The notes under the pieces were generated by a model. That model saw nothing but the letters and a program-made list of their open reading frames with translations, ran no database searches and had not been told where the DNA came from. A program made the position numbers and the translations under genes. This document shows, piece after piece, positions 20,497 to 30,032 of a stretch of 64,000 nt of DNA. Numbering within the stretch: the stretch's first letter is position 1; every line of letters starts with the position of its first letter. The stretch is from Candidatus Poribacteria bacterium (GTDB lineage: Bacteria > Poribacteria > WGA-4E > WGA-3G). The stretch is from contig OZ251518.1 of the NCBI GenBank assembly GCA_965242965.1, positions 2,816,001 through 2,880,000 of the forward strand, read 5' to 3'.

Positions 20497-20894
20497 CGGT
20501 AGGAGAGACCTCCCGGTCTCGATGCACGTTATATGAGGGATACCGCGTTGCGGTGAAAAAAACGCCTCTCCTTCACGTAGGGCGAGGGCCTGTCCCTCGC
20601 CATGCAACGATCGCGGGGGACAGGCCCCCGCGCTACGGAAAAAAAACAGTCCCCTTCACCGTAGGGCGAGGGCCTGTCCCTCGCCATCCGTTTTGCTGTC
20701 AGACCGCGTCACCTCTGTAGGTCAAGATCGCCTGATCTTGACCCGTTCGGGAGCGGGCGCTCCCGAACTACAGAGGTGGGCCCGATGCCTTCCGGTAGGG
20801 GAGACATCGAGACCAGGAGGTCTCTCCTACGGGGGAATCGAGACCAGGAGGTCTCTCCTACCGGGAGGTTCCATCAAGATATGAAACACCCCCA
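20497..20894. mobile_element. Composite REP cassette, right TIR only
   Basis: Modules C, A, B, A, D doublet, C, C, then TATGAAACACCCCCA. Confidence 0.7.
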
Positions 20895-20901
20895 GTTAAG
20901 G

Positions 20902-23775
20902 CTAATAACTATTCGTGTGTTCGTGAATCGGTTGACGTTCGCGGTTGGCGTTGGCATCGGCGCGGCGCGGGGTGCCGGTAATCGCATCGACAGATTCATC
21001 CGCCTTGAACCGCAGGTACAATTTCTGTGACTTCGCCGCCATCGACGGATTCTTCAACGCGCGATAACACCGCATCATGTTGTAATGCGCATCCAAATCT
21101 TCCGCATCGACTTCAAGCGTTTTCTGAAACGCCGCTAAGGCGGTTTCATAGTCGCGTTTGAGGAAATGCATCCGTCCTAATTGATTCCGAACACGGGTAT
21201 CGCGTGGGAATTGTGCGGCAGCGCGTTGCAGATGTTCAATCGCCGTGTCGTAGTTCCCGTAAGTTTCTTGGACAAGCGCGTAAAAGTAGTGAACCTTCGC
21301 GCGGTGCGGGTTTTCTGGTGGCAGCGTCTGCTGAATTTCAAACGCTTTGTCAAGCATCGCTTCGGCACCTCGCATGTCGCCTTCCTTAATGCGGCAGCGC
21401 GCCACGTTCACCCATCCATCAAGGTATGTCGGTTCTATCTGGGTGACTTTCAGGAAGGCGGTTTCCGCGGCTTTCAGATCGCCTTGGAGGAGTAAACCGA
21501 TGCCGTAGTCGTTCCACCTTTCACGGACATTTTCAACCGAAGAATCGAGACCGGAAGAATCGAGACCCGAGGTCTCGCCTACTGGGATGTCGGAGCCCGA
21601 GGTCTCTCCTACCGGGACATCGGGAACAGAGGGGCCGCCTACTGCGAGCGTCGCTGTGGCGGATGCCATGACGACAATCGGCAGATTCGGAATCGCCTTG
21701 ATTTTGCCGGCGACATCCGAGGTATCGCCTGTCCATACCCACCTGCCATCGTCATACCCTTTATCCACCTGAAAATCGGTATCCTCCGGATCGCGCACGC
21801 CAGCATAAGCCCACTGCGTATGCCACCAGTTGAATTTGCGATAGTTCAACTTCGCGGTGAGGGTGAGCGTATCGCCGCAGTCGGGTGGGATTTCTAGCCG
21901 ATAACGGACAGTATCGGCGGCACCCGGCGGAATGGTGTGGCTATAAAGCACTGTCCGCATTGCCCATGCATTCCGTTTGTTAATGCGGTTTCCGTGCGCG
22001 TCAAGCATATAACTATGATAGAAATGCGCGCCTGCATCGACAGGGCCGTCTCCATCAGGCGCGGCGATCTGTCCATTCCAGAAAATCACCTTGCCGTTTT
22101 CATCGGTGGCTTTCACCTCCAGCCAAATGTCAAAAGCGTCAATTGTGCCAGCCGGGAAGGGGTGCCCGACATTTCGGGTGCGAACGACGACATCGACGCG
22201 CGGGTTTTCGCCGCGCGCGATTTTTGTTGTTCGCGAGGCGTTCGGTAAGGGTTGTCCGGACAATGCCGTTCTTCTACGTAATCCGTCATTGACGTTGTCA
22301 ATGCCTACGTTTCCTGGGTTATTTTTGTTCGTGCTGCCTACAGGAGAAAGCGAAATCGGCATTCCATCAACGAACAAATCCAAGGTGACTACATCATCTT
22401 GCAAAAATTCCGTTACGATTCTGAGCTGTTCTTCGTGCTGATTGACGAAAGGGAGCGCGGTGTTCGCCGCCGGGAAACGGTGGCTATGCACCTTTCCATC
22501 AATATTCGCCGCATCCGTGGACGCAACCAACGGCATGTGGCAATCCACGCACTTCTTCGCCGTTTCGGGATAGTAGAAAGACAGCGCGCCTTGATGAGAA
22601 ACACCGCTCTTCTGCCAGCCATCGTAATCGTTAAAGCCGCGCACCCATCGGAAATTGTTCACGGGTTCATCGAGGTGCGCCTTGTGACAAGTCGAACAGA
22701 ATTCCGCCGTGTTTTCGCGATGAAACGGCTTGAGGAAACTTTTCTTGTGCGGCTCCGGATCCAGGCGAATGAGGTAGTTATGCAGATTGCGCACAATGGG
22801 ATTTTCGCTGGCGGCGATGTCGTGGAGCGGCGGATACTTGATGATATACCCGCTGTTGCCCATCGTATCTTTGACCTTTTCGATGGAGTGGCATGCCGTG
22901 CAGGCGAGCCCGGCTTGCGCTGCAGGCGTATGGAGGTTCTCCCGAATGGGTAAATCCATGACACCGTTGAGTAAGATACCCGGGTCGTGGCATCCGCCGC
23001 ACCATTTGGAGGGCTGAATGCCGTTCACTTCCTGCATATAGATAATCGATTTGCGATACCACTGATTATTGAAGGACGAGAAGTGATGCGCCGATTCGTT
23101 CCACTGCTCGTAAATATCGGGGTGGCAGCCTTTTGCAGCGCAAGTCTCCGATGTGAGGAAGAAATCGGTGGGGATGAGATCGCCTGTCGCGGTTTCAACG
23201 GATGCAGGGAAAAAGTGCCCGGTTGTGCCGCCGCCTTCCTCATACATGCTCGTCGGCGGAAGCGCGGGGTTTTTGACGAGATAGTCCTCGTTGGGCAGAT
23301 AGTGTTGCGCTACTTTCGCGCCTAGCGGAAAGAGGACAAAAACGCTGAGTAAGGCTAGCATTGCGTGTTTGAAACGCGCGATTGTTGTCCTTTTGACGGG
23401 AGAAGACTGCCTTCCCGGTAGGAGAGAACCCGGCTCTCGAAAAATCAGATGGATGGCAAACAGCAGCGCGCCTACCGTTACGGTGACGATATGAAAAATC
23501 AGCAGCCACCGATAAGGGCGCGTCGCGCCGACTATCATGAGAAACCCACCGCTCAGGATGCCCAAGATTAAACCGACGATGCCGATTTGCCCAAACCCCG
23601 GGATGCGCATGAAATGCCGATAGACATAGATGCCGAACGGAATAATGAGCAGTATCCCAAGCCCGATGTGCAACAGCACGTTAGCGATATAAAAGAGCGT
23701 CGGTTCGCCGAAACTGAACAGGTACGCGCTGTTGAGTAGTAGAATGAGAAAGGTGTAGAAAGAAAGTTTTCGCAT
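20902..23775 (-). CDS. Membrane-anchored multiheme c-type cytochrome with C-terminal TPR repeats
   Basis: Several N-terminal TM helices; CAAKGCH, CGGCH, CTACH, CSTCH, CVDCH; TPR helices; start MRKLSFY. Confidence 0.85.
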   Translation of the reverse strand: MRKLSFYTFLILLLNSAYLFSFGEPTLFYIANVLLHIGLGILLIIPFGIYVYRHFMRIPGFGQIGIVGLILGILSGGFLMIVGATRPYRWLLIFHIVTVTVGALLFAIHLIFREPGSLLPGRQSSPVKRTTIARFKHAMLALLSVFVLFPLGAKVAQHYLPNEDYLVKNPALPPTSMYEEGGGTTGHFFPASVETATGDLIPTDFFLTSETCAAKGCHPDIYEQWNESAHHFSSFNNQWYRKSIIYMQEVNGIQPSKWCGGCHDPGILLNGVMDLPIRENLHTPAAQAGLACTACHSIEKVKDTMGNSGYIIKYPPLHDIAASENPIVRNLHNYLIRLDPEPHKKSFLKPFHRENTAEFCSTCHKAHLDEPVNNFRWVRGFNDYDGWQKSGVSHQGALSFYYPETAKKCVDCHMPLVASTDAANIDGKVHSHRFPAANTALPFVNQHEEQLRIVTEFLQDDVVTLDLFVDGMPISLSPVGSTNKNNPGNVGIDNVNDGLRRRTALSGQPLPNASRTTKIARGENPRVDVVVRTRNVGHPFPAGTIDAFDIWLEVKATDENGKVIFWNGQIAAPDGDGPVDAGAHFYHSYMLDAHGNRINKRNAWAMRTVLYSHTIPPGAADTVRYRLEIPPDCGDTLTLTAKLNYRKFNWWHTQWAYAGVRDPEDTDFQVDKGYDDGRWVWTGDTSDVAGKIKAIPNLPIVVMASATATLAVGGPSVPDVPVGETSGSDIPVGETSGLDSSGLDSSVENVRERWNDYGIGLLLQGDLKAAETAFLKVTQIEPTYLDGWVNVARCRIKEGDMRGAEAMLDKAFEIQQTLPPENPHRAKVHYFYALVQETYGNYDTAIEHLQRAAAQFPRDTRVRNQLGRMHFLKRDYETALAAFQKTLEVDAEDLDAHYNMMRCYRALKNPSMAAKSQKLYLRFKADESVDAITGTPRRADANANRERQPIHEHTNSY

Positions 23776-23782
23776 GTTTTCC

Positions 23783-23920
23783 TTAGTCGTCTTTGTTCGC
23801 TTGTCCAAACGCGCCAGCCACCCAAACCAGGTCTTGAATATTGACAACGCCATCTCGGTTCACATCGGTCTCCTCAGTTGCCTTCTTCCCCATTTGCGAA
23901 GAAACCGAGACAAGATCGAG
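23783..23920 (-). pseudogene. Orphan dockerin type I fragment
   Basis: Translates as LDLVSVSSQMGKKATEETDVNRDGVVNIQDLVWVAGAFGQANKDD-stop; the first Ca-binding loop is missing; not in the ORF track. Confidence 0.7.
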
Positions 23921-23997
23921 GCGGTGGTGATAAAGCCTTGGGCAGGCTGGTTGGCACGGTAGAGGATAACACTGCCTACAATGACGAAGAAGATGCT

Positions 23998-24258
23998 TGA
24001 GGGTGTTTCATAAATCGTTGTTGTCAAAATGGTTTCGTGAAGGTATTAGCCCAGCAAACTGGGTTAAACACCTGGTCCCCCGAACGATTCCGTTTTCCCG
24101 GTAGGAGGGACATCCTTGTCCCGATACGGTAGGCATTGAGACCGGGAGGTCTCTCCTACGGGAATGTATGGAGACTCAGCTCACCTATCGACAATTCCTT
24201 TTTTTCCCTATCGCGGGGGCTGTCACCGCGACGTTGAGCGATTTATGAAACACCCTCA
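23998..24258. mobile_element. TIR-bounded cassette with C-type modules
   Basis: TGAGGGTGTTTCATAAATCG...CGATTTATGAAACACCCTCA; flanks do not match. Confidence 0.8.
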
Positions 24259-24297
24259 TATTAACGAAGGAAAAAGGGACCTGGGTGTCAACGAAAT

Positions 24298-24338
24298 CCC
24301 TCATCCTGGAAATCTTGGACATCTTGGAAATCCTGCTC
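24298..24338 (-). repeat. Four 9-bp CARGAT units directly after the MTase-nuclease stop
   Basis: Minus strand reads gagcaggatttccaagatgtccaagatttccaggatgaggg. Confidence 0.7.
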
Positions 24339-25787
24339 AAAAATACGTCTGTTCGCCGCCGTAATGCGGTTCCGCTTTCGGACGCTCATTTACCTGCCAC
24401 GGTAAATTGACAGGAACGGTTCTCCCCTCAAAATAGGCATCGGTTATCTGCCAAAATTGCAGTCGTGGATACCGCTTGCCGTTATGTTCAATTGCGCCCT
24501 CTGCTTCGGCGAGATTGCGCATGCCGCGCGTCACAGGATGCAAGGTGATGAAAATCCCGATGGCGGCGTTGGCATCCTGCATCGCTGTCCGGAAGGCGCG
24601 CACCTGATTTAGGTTTAGACTCCTCCCCGATTTCACCTCCGCAATCACGGGGAGTTTCGTTTCCGACCCGGGTTTTTCCCAAAGCACGACTTTCCCGGTG
24701 CCATCAAACCCGCCATCGTTGCTATTCGGCGTTGGTGTCAGTCCCAATCTCGTGACTGCCCAATTGGCGAAATCGTGCGGATTTTGTTCGGCGAGGAGAA
24801 GCGCGTCCTCAGAGGTTGTCGGATACCCCGCAATTTGGTAATCCACGTTCGGCTGGAGGTGATGGCGTTCGCGGAGCCGCCGCTCCATCGGTTCCAACGC
24901 GAGGACAGTCAGATCGATGCCTACCCAGTTGCGTTTCAGCCCGTGGGCGGCATCTAACGCCGTGCCACATCCACAAAACGGATCGAAGACGATGTCACCG
25001 GGTTTGGAGGACGCGCGGATAATCCGTTCCAACAACGCGAGGGGCTTTTGCGTCGGATAGCCGAGCCGCTCTTTGGAGACATTAATCAGCGGTTTGATGT
25101 CCTCCCATACATCGCGGACAAAGACATCGGCATAGTAACGTCCCTGCTCATCTTGGTTCGCCGTGAAGAACGGCTTATCGTAGTAAACGCGCTCTTGCAA
25201 CGGCGTGTGTTGATAAGCCTCCGATTTGACATAGAATAGCAGTGTATCATGTTTTCGGGGCCAGTGCCTTTTGCTCACACCGCCGGTCCGATATCCCCAC
25301 ACGATTTCGTTGCGGAAATGCTGCGCGCCAAAAATCGCATCCAGCATGCATTTCAGATAGTGACTGGCGTGCGCATCACAGTGCAAATAGATGCTTCCCT
25401 CCGGCCTCAGCAGCCGCCAAATCTCTGCCAAACGGGGTGCCATGAAGGCGAGGTAGGCACGCATCGATTCCGCGTTTTTGCCCTTAAACCCCCCCCCTTC
25501 AAAATATTGTCAAAACCTATTAAACAGTCTGACAAATTGTCCATGGTTTCAACGAGTTCGGGATGCCGTTCATCGTAGTGAAGGACAGCGGCTTGGTTTT
25601 CGCGCGCCGCGTCGTCCCATCGCCAGATGTCATCAAACGCCTTGCGTTGCGCTTTGGAGCCGGCGAGGAAGATGTTGTAGTTGCGGCCGCTGTTAAACGG
25701 CGGATCGAGATAGCAGATATGGTAACTGCCGGCTTTCATCTCGCGCATGACGTTGAGGTTATCTCCGAAATAGAGTGCGTTTTTCAT
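24337..25787 (-). CDS. Beta-class N6/N4 DNA methyltransferase fused to an Mrr-like endonuclease, split by a G9 frameshift
   Basis: 5' ORF has LYFGDNL and YLDPPFNSGRNY; 3' ORF has RNEIVW, YPTQKP, VFDPFCGCGT and DGGFDG...AEVKSG. G10 or G7 joins them as LKG(n)FKGKNAESMRAYL. Confidence 0.88.
25489..25497 (-). repeat. Poly-G tract (G9 on the coding strand) at the frameshift
   Basis: Plus strand reads ttaaa-CCCCCCCCC-ttc. Confidence 0.85.
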
Positions 25788-25828
25788 ATTTTTTTACTGA
25801 CGCAAGGCGTTCGATTCTGGAGCGGACT

Positions 25829-26614
25829 TTATCCCGCGGTATATCCACCATCAATGGGCAAGGCGATGCCTGTTACAAAGGCGGATTCGTCGGAGGCGAG
25901 GTAGAGTGCGCCGTAGGCAATTTCCTCTGGTTTGCCGAGTCGCCGCATCGGATGCTTATCGGCGAGTTTTTGATACTCCTCAGGCGTTTTGACGACACCG
26001 GCAACTAACGGCGTTTCAACGAAACCGGGACAGATGCAGTTGACGCGGATGTTGTCTTTGGCGTAGTCAAGTGCCATCCCGCGGGTGAGGTTGGTGACTC
26101 CGCCTTTGGAGGCGACATACGCTGCGCGGACATCCGCACCGACAATCCCATAGATAGAGGACATGTTGATGATAGAGCCGCCGCCGTTTTTCTGCATTTC
26201 GGGAATTGCGGCTTTGGCGCAGAGATACACCCCGGTCAGGTTGACTGCCAAGCAGCGGTGCCAGTCTGCTTCTGGCAGTTCGGCGACAGGCAGACGCATG
26301 GCGATGCCGGCGTTGTTGAACAGGATGTCCAATTTGCCGTAGGTGCGGACGGTTTCCTGAACGAGCCATTCGGTATCGCGTGCTATTGTGACATCGGTTG
26401 GGATGTAAATGGCTTCGCCGGCGGCGTTGCGGATGTCCTCGGCAGTCTGGTTGCCGCCATTCCTGTCGATGTCGGCGACAACGATGCTTGCGCCGTGTTG
26501 GGCGAAGAGGATGGCGGTGGATTTTCCGATGCCGGATGCTGCGCCGGTGATGATGGCGATTTTGTCCTGGAGACGTGGGCGGTTGGAAACCGCGCCGACC
26601 GGAGTGTATTGCAT
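25829..26614 (-). CDS. SDR family NAD(P)-dependent oxidoreductase
   Basis: TGAASGIG, NNAG, YVASK, RVNCICPG. Confidence 0.92.
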   Translation of the reverse strand: MQYTPVGAVSNRPRLQDKIAIITGAASGIGKSTAILFAQHGASIVVADIDRNGGNQTAEDIRNAAGEAIYIPTDVTIARDTEWLVQETVRTYGKLDILFNNAGIAMRLPVAELPEADWHRCLAVNLTGVYLCAKAAIPEMQKNGGGSIINMSSIYGIVGADVRAAYVASKGGVTNLTRGMALDYAKDNIRVNCICPGFVETPLVAGVVKTPEEYQKLADKHPMRRLGKPEEIAYGALYLASDESAFVTGIALPIDGGYTAG

Positions 26615-26615
26615 C

Positions 26616-27524
26616 TTACGTTTTTTCCTGCCATGCGGCGGGGTTGACTTCCGGTTCGCCGATGCGGTTTCTGAGGATGCCGATGTTTTCGATTTCTAGT
26701 TCGATCACGTCGCCGGGTTGAATCCACCTGTCAAGTTCCCAGCCGCAGCCTTTGCCGACGGTGCCGGAGCCGAGGAAATCGCCGGGATAGAGTGTCTCGG
26801 ACTGGGAAACGAAGGAGATCATCTCCTCAAAAGTGTAATACATATCGGAGGTATTTCCATCTGCCCAGACTTCGCCGTTGACTCTGGCAATCATGCGGAG
26901 ATTGTACGGGTTGCCGATGTCATCAGGGGTGACGAGGCACGGCCCCATGATGTTGCTATTGTCAAAATCTTTGCCTTTGGCGGGGCCGAGGGCAAGCGTC
27001 ATGTGGCGGAATTGGATGTCACGCGCGCTGATGTCGTTATAGATGGTGTAGCCGGCGATGTAGTCGGCTGCATCGGCAACGGGGATGTTTTTTCCGATTT
27101 TGCCGATGTAGACACCCCATTCCAACTCAAAATCGAGTTTTTCGGTGTAGTTAGGCCAGGTGACGACTGCCTCATGTCCGGCGATGGAGGCGGGACTGGT
27201 GCTGCCGCGGTAATAGTTGGGCAGCTTGAACCATTCGGGAGAGATTTCCTTGCCGGTGATGCGTGCGGCGGCATCCATGTGTGTTTTGAATACGCCGAAA
27301 TCGCGCAGGCTTGCGGGTTGCGGGAAGGGGGCAAGTAACTGAACTTCGGCAACGGGGATTTGGTTCGTCGCGTCCTGAAGAGCGCGTTTACTGATGTCGG
27401 CGATGCGATTTTGGGCGAAGCATTCCTGCATGCTAGCGGGTTCAAGCGACACGATGGTGTCGCCATTAATCCACGCGCCGAGGCGGGGATTTGTATTGGG
27501 GGTTTTGAAGGTAACGAGTTTCAT
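26616..27524 (-). CDS. Fumarylacetoacetate hydrolase family protein
   Basis: LDFELE, YTIYNDISARD, KGKDFD, GPCLVT, PGDFLGSGT. Confidence 0.9.
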   Translation of the reverse strand: MKLVTFKTPNTNPRLGAWINGDTIVSLEPASMQECFAQNRIADISKRALQDATNQIPVAEVQLLAPFPQPASLRDFGVFKTHMDAAARITGKEISPEWFKLPNYYRGSTSPASIAGHEAVVTWPNYTEKLDFELEWGVYIGKIGKNIPVADAADYIAGYTIYNDISARDIQFRHMTLALGPAKGKDFDNSNIMGPCLVTPDDIGNPYNLRMIARVNGEVWADGNTSDMYYTFEEMISFVSQSETLYPGDFLGSGTVGKGCGWELDRWIQPGDVIELEIENIGILRNRIGEPEVNPAAWQEKT

Positions 27525-27538
27525 TTTTTGTTGTTCCT

Positions 27539-27712
27539 ATCTGAAATCCGGCACGGCGAGGGACAGGCCCTCGCCCTACGATGGAATATGTGTTGATTTT
27601 ATACCACAGCGGGACAGCCCTCACCCTACGGGGAATCTGAAATCTGGCACGGCGAGGGACAGGCCCTCGCCCTACGATGGTATGTGCATTAATTTTATAC
27701 CACAAGTGTGTT
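27539..27712. repeat. Tandem REP-A units with aatctgaaatc(c/t)ggcac linker
   Basis: Two near-identical direct units plus one partial hairpin. Confidence 0.75.
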
Positions 27713-27726
27713 TAAAAGTCAACACG

Positions 27727-27767
27727 GAGCAGGATTTTCAAGATTTTCAAGATTTGCAGGATTAGGG
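27727..27767 (+). repeat. Four 9-bp CARGATT units
   Basis: gagcaggattttcaagattttcaagatttgcaggattaggg. Confidence 0.7.
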
Positions 27768-27815
27768 GCACTGGCTCGCTGAAAGTTGCTTGTTGCTCCT
27801 GCCACGCCTGTTTTT

Positions 27816-28748
27816 TTATTTTGTTAAGGAGAGGAACACCTCTTCCAACGTCATCTCCACGGTGCGCATTTCTAGCAACTGCCACCTGCGTCCGACAATC
27901 GTCTCGGCAACGGCTGCACGGATGTCTGTCTCAATAGCGGATTGAATATGGAACGTCTCCGCGTCAACTTGCTCAGCGGCAATTACGTCGGGAATATCTG
28001 TCAAGGTTGCCAAAATTTCATCGGCTGCGGCACCGGCTATTTCAAGCCGAACCATTTTTTTAGTGGTGTCGTCTCCTTCTCGTGCAACGGCGCGGCCATT
28101 GAATAAAGGCACATCGCCGGTGATTTGTCCTCTGCTGATGATGAGGAGCCGTTGGCACGTTAGACTGGCCTCGGAGAGGATGTGCGTGCTGAAAAGGATT
28201 GTCCGTTCGGTGCCGAGTGACTTAATCAACTGGCGGATTTCGACGATTTGCCTCGGGTCCAACCCAGAAGTGGGTTCATCGAGGATTAAGACATCGGGAT
28301 TGTGGATGAGTGCCTGCGCCAAGCCGACGCGCTGCCGATACCCACGGGAGAGCTGCCCGATAATCTGATGCCGACGTTCTGTTAATCCGCACGCCTCCAC
28401 GGTGCTATCCAACTGCTTCTTTCGCTGCGGCGATGGGACACCGCGAATCTTCGCCATGTAGGTGAGATATTTGGATACCGTCATTTCGGGATAGAGGGGA
28501 ACGTTCTCGGGCAAATACCCGATGCGTTTGCGCACCTCGCGTGACTGCTTGAAAACGTCGTAGCCTGCGATGGTGACGTGCCCACTGCTCGCTGGCATGA
28601 AGCAGGTGAGGATGCGCATCGTCGTCGTCTTCCCCGCGCCGTTCGGGCCGAGGAATCCGACGACTTGTCCCTTATCAACACGAAAGGAGATGTCTTTGAG
28701 TGCCTGAAAAAGCCCGTAGTTTTTACAGAGGGATTGGACTTCTATCAT
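27816..28748 (-). CDS. ABC-2 type transporter ATP-binding protein (GldA-like); no adjacent permease
   Basis: GPNGAGKTT, LSRGYRQR, ILDEPT, STH. Confidence 0.9.
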   Translation of the reverse strand: MIEVQSLCKNYGLFQALKDISFRVDKGQVVGFLGPNGAGKTTTMRILTCFMPASSGHVTIAGYDVFKQSREVRKRIGYLPENVPLYPEMTVSKYLTYMAKIRGVPSPQRKKQLDSTVEACGLTERRHQIIGQLSRGYRQRVGLAQALIHNPDVLILDEPTSGLDPRQIVEIRQLIKSLGTERTILFSTHILSEASLTCQRLLIISRGQITGDVPLFNGRAVAREGDDTTKKMVRLEIAGAAADEILATLTDIPDVIAAEQVDAETFHIQSAIETDIRAAVAETIVGRRWQLLEMRTVEMTLEEVFLSLTK

Positions 28749-28854
28749 TTTTTGTTGTTCCTAGCGGTTGTTCGGGTGCGTCTGGGTAGAGGGGCCTTGT
28801 CTTGTCAGGCCGTCTTGACGTTGTCAAGACTTGCAATCTCTCGCTAAAACAACC

Positions 28855-29002
28855 CCCTCGCCCTACGGGAATCTGAAATCCGGCACGGCGAGGGACAGGC
28901 CCTCGCCCCACGGAAATTTGAAATCCGGCACGGCGAGGGACAGGCCCTCGCCCTACGAGAATTTGAAATCCATCACGGCGAGGGACAGGCCCTCGCCCTA
29001 CG
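28855..29002. repeat. Tandem array of ~45-bp REP-A units
   Basis: Three full units and one partial unit of aat(c/t)tgaaatccggcacggcgagggacaggccctcgccc(t/c)acg. Confidence 0.85.
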
Positions 29003-29038
29003 TTCCATTTTGCCAAACCGTGCGTGCCGGCATTCGTT

Positions 29039-29926
29039 CTATCCACGAAGAACGCTAAACTCCTGGTCCCGCGGGCGGCCAGAGAGATACATATTGTTAT
29101 CCGGGTTCGCCGCTTCAGAGCCGGCGAACGAGTCCGGCAGTTCAATTTGCTCGGTGCGGCCCTCAAATTTATCGGAGGAGACATGGATTTGCCGATACGT
29201 CATCGGGTAACAGATGGGCCCTGCACTGACGATGCAGAGAAGGCCTTGTTCCCGGAAGATGCGGTTGAGATGGAGATGGCCACAGAAACATGCCAAGACG
29301 TTGCGTGCAAACGGTGCGATGACTTCCAGCACCTCGGCGGAATTGGCGATTCTTGAACCGAGCCCCTGAAACTCAACACTCGGCAATAGGAGTTGGTGCG
29401 AGAATATGAAAATCTCTTCACCTTTGTCCGAGGCACATTTCAGTTCGGATTCTAGCCATGTGAGTTGCTCCGTGCCGATGTAGCCGTGTGTCAAGTCTTC
29501 CGGCACCTCCTGCGCGTCCAGCAGGATAAACCGAATCTGCTCATGGACAAAACTATGATACGTCCTGTCGTTGATACCGAACAGCGCGCAATAGGAGGCC
29601 TTCGATCCGGTTTCGGGATCCAAGTCGTGGTTACCGGGGATGTAGTAGCAGGGTGCATTGAACTGTTCGCCGAACCGTTTTGCGCGATGCAGCGCGTATT
29701 CATAGTCGTCCGCGCTCATGTCAAAACTTTTGCCGCCGCAGACGATGTCGCCGCCGTGAATCACAAACGCCGGATCGAAGGCGTTCAGTTGTTCTACCAA
29801 TTTTTTATAGAGTTCCGGACTCTCTTTCTGTCTTTGCAACCCGCTGGCGAAGTTTTTCGGGGCATTCAGATAGAGATGTGTGTCGGTAATAAAAGCGAAT
29901 TTAAAAAGTGTCATTCCTTGTCTCAT
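29039..29926 (-). CDS. Calcineurin-like metallophosphoesterase
   Basis: TDTH, HGGD, PGNHD, SH, GHLH. Confidence 0.88.
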   Translation of the reverse strand: MRQGMTLFKFAFITDTHLYLNAPKNFASGLQRQKESPELYKKLVEQLNAFDPAFVIHGGDIVCGGKSFDMSADDYEYALHRAKRFGEQFNAPCYYIPGNHDLDPETGSKASYCALFGINDRTYHSFVHEQIRFILLDAQEVPEDLTHGYIGTEQLTWLESELKCASDKGEEIFIFSHQLLLPSVEFQGLGSRIANSAEVLEVIAPFARNVLACFCGHLHLNRIFREQGLLCIVSAGPICYPMTYRQIHVSSDKFEGRTEQIELPDSFAGSEAANPDNNMYLSGRPRDQEFSVLRG

Positions 29927-30032
29927 TTCTGGGGAGCTGCGTCAAAATACCCAGGTCTGCCGTTTGAGATTCCCTGACTCAAACCGCGCGGCATCAAGCG
30001 ATGCCGCGCTACGAGAGTAGGCTCGCGCAGCC

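Noticed and set aside
28855-29002. CRISPR-like regularly spaced repeats (also 34368-34520 and 42245-42532)
   Set aside because: The spacers are near-identical and short, the repeats are the dispersed REP modules, and no cas genes are present.
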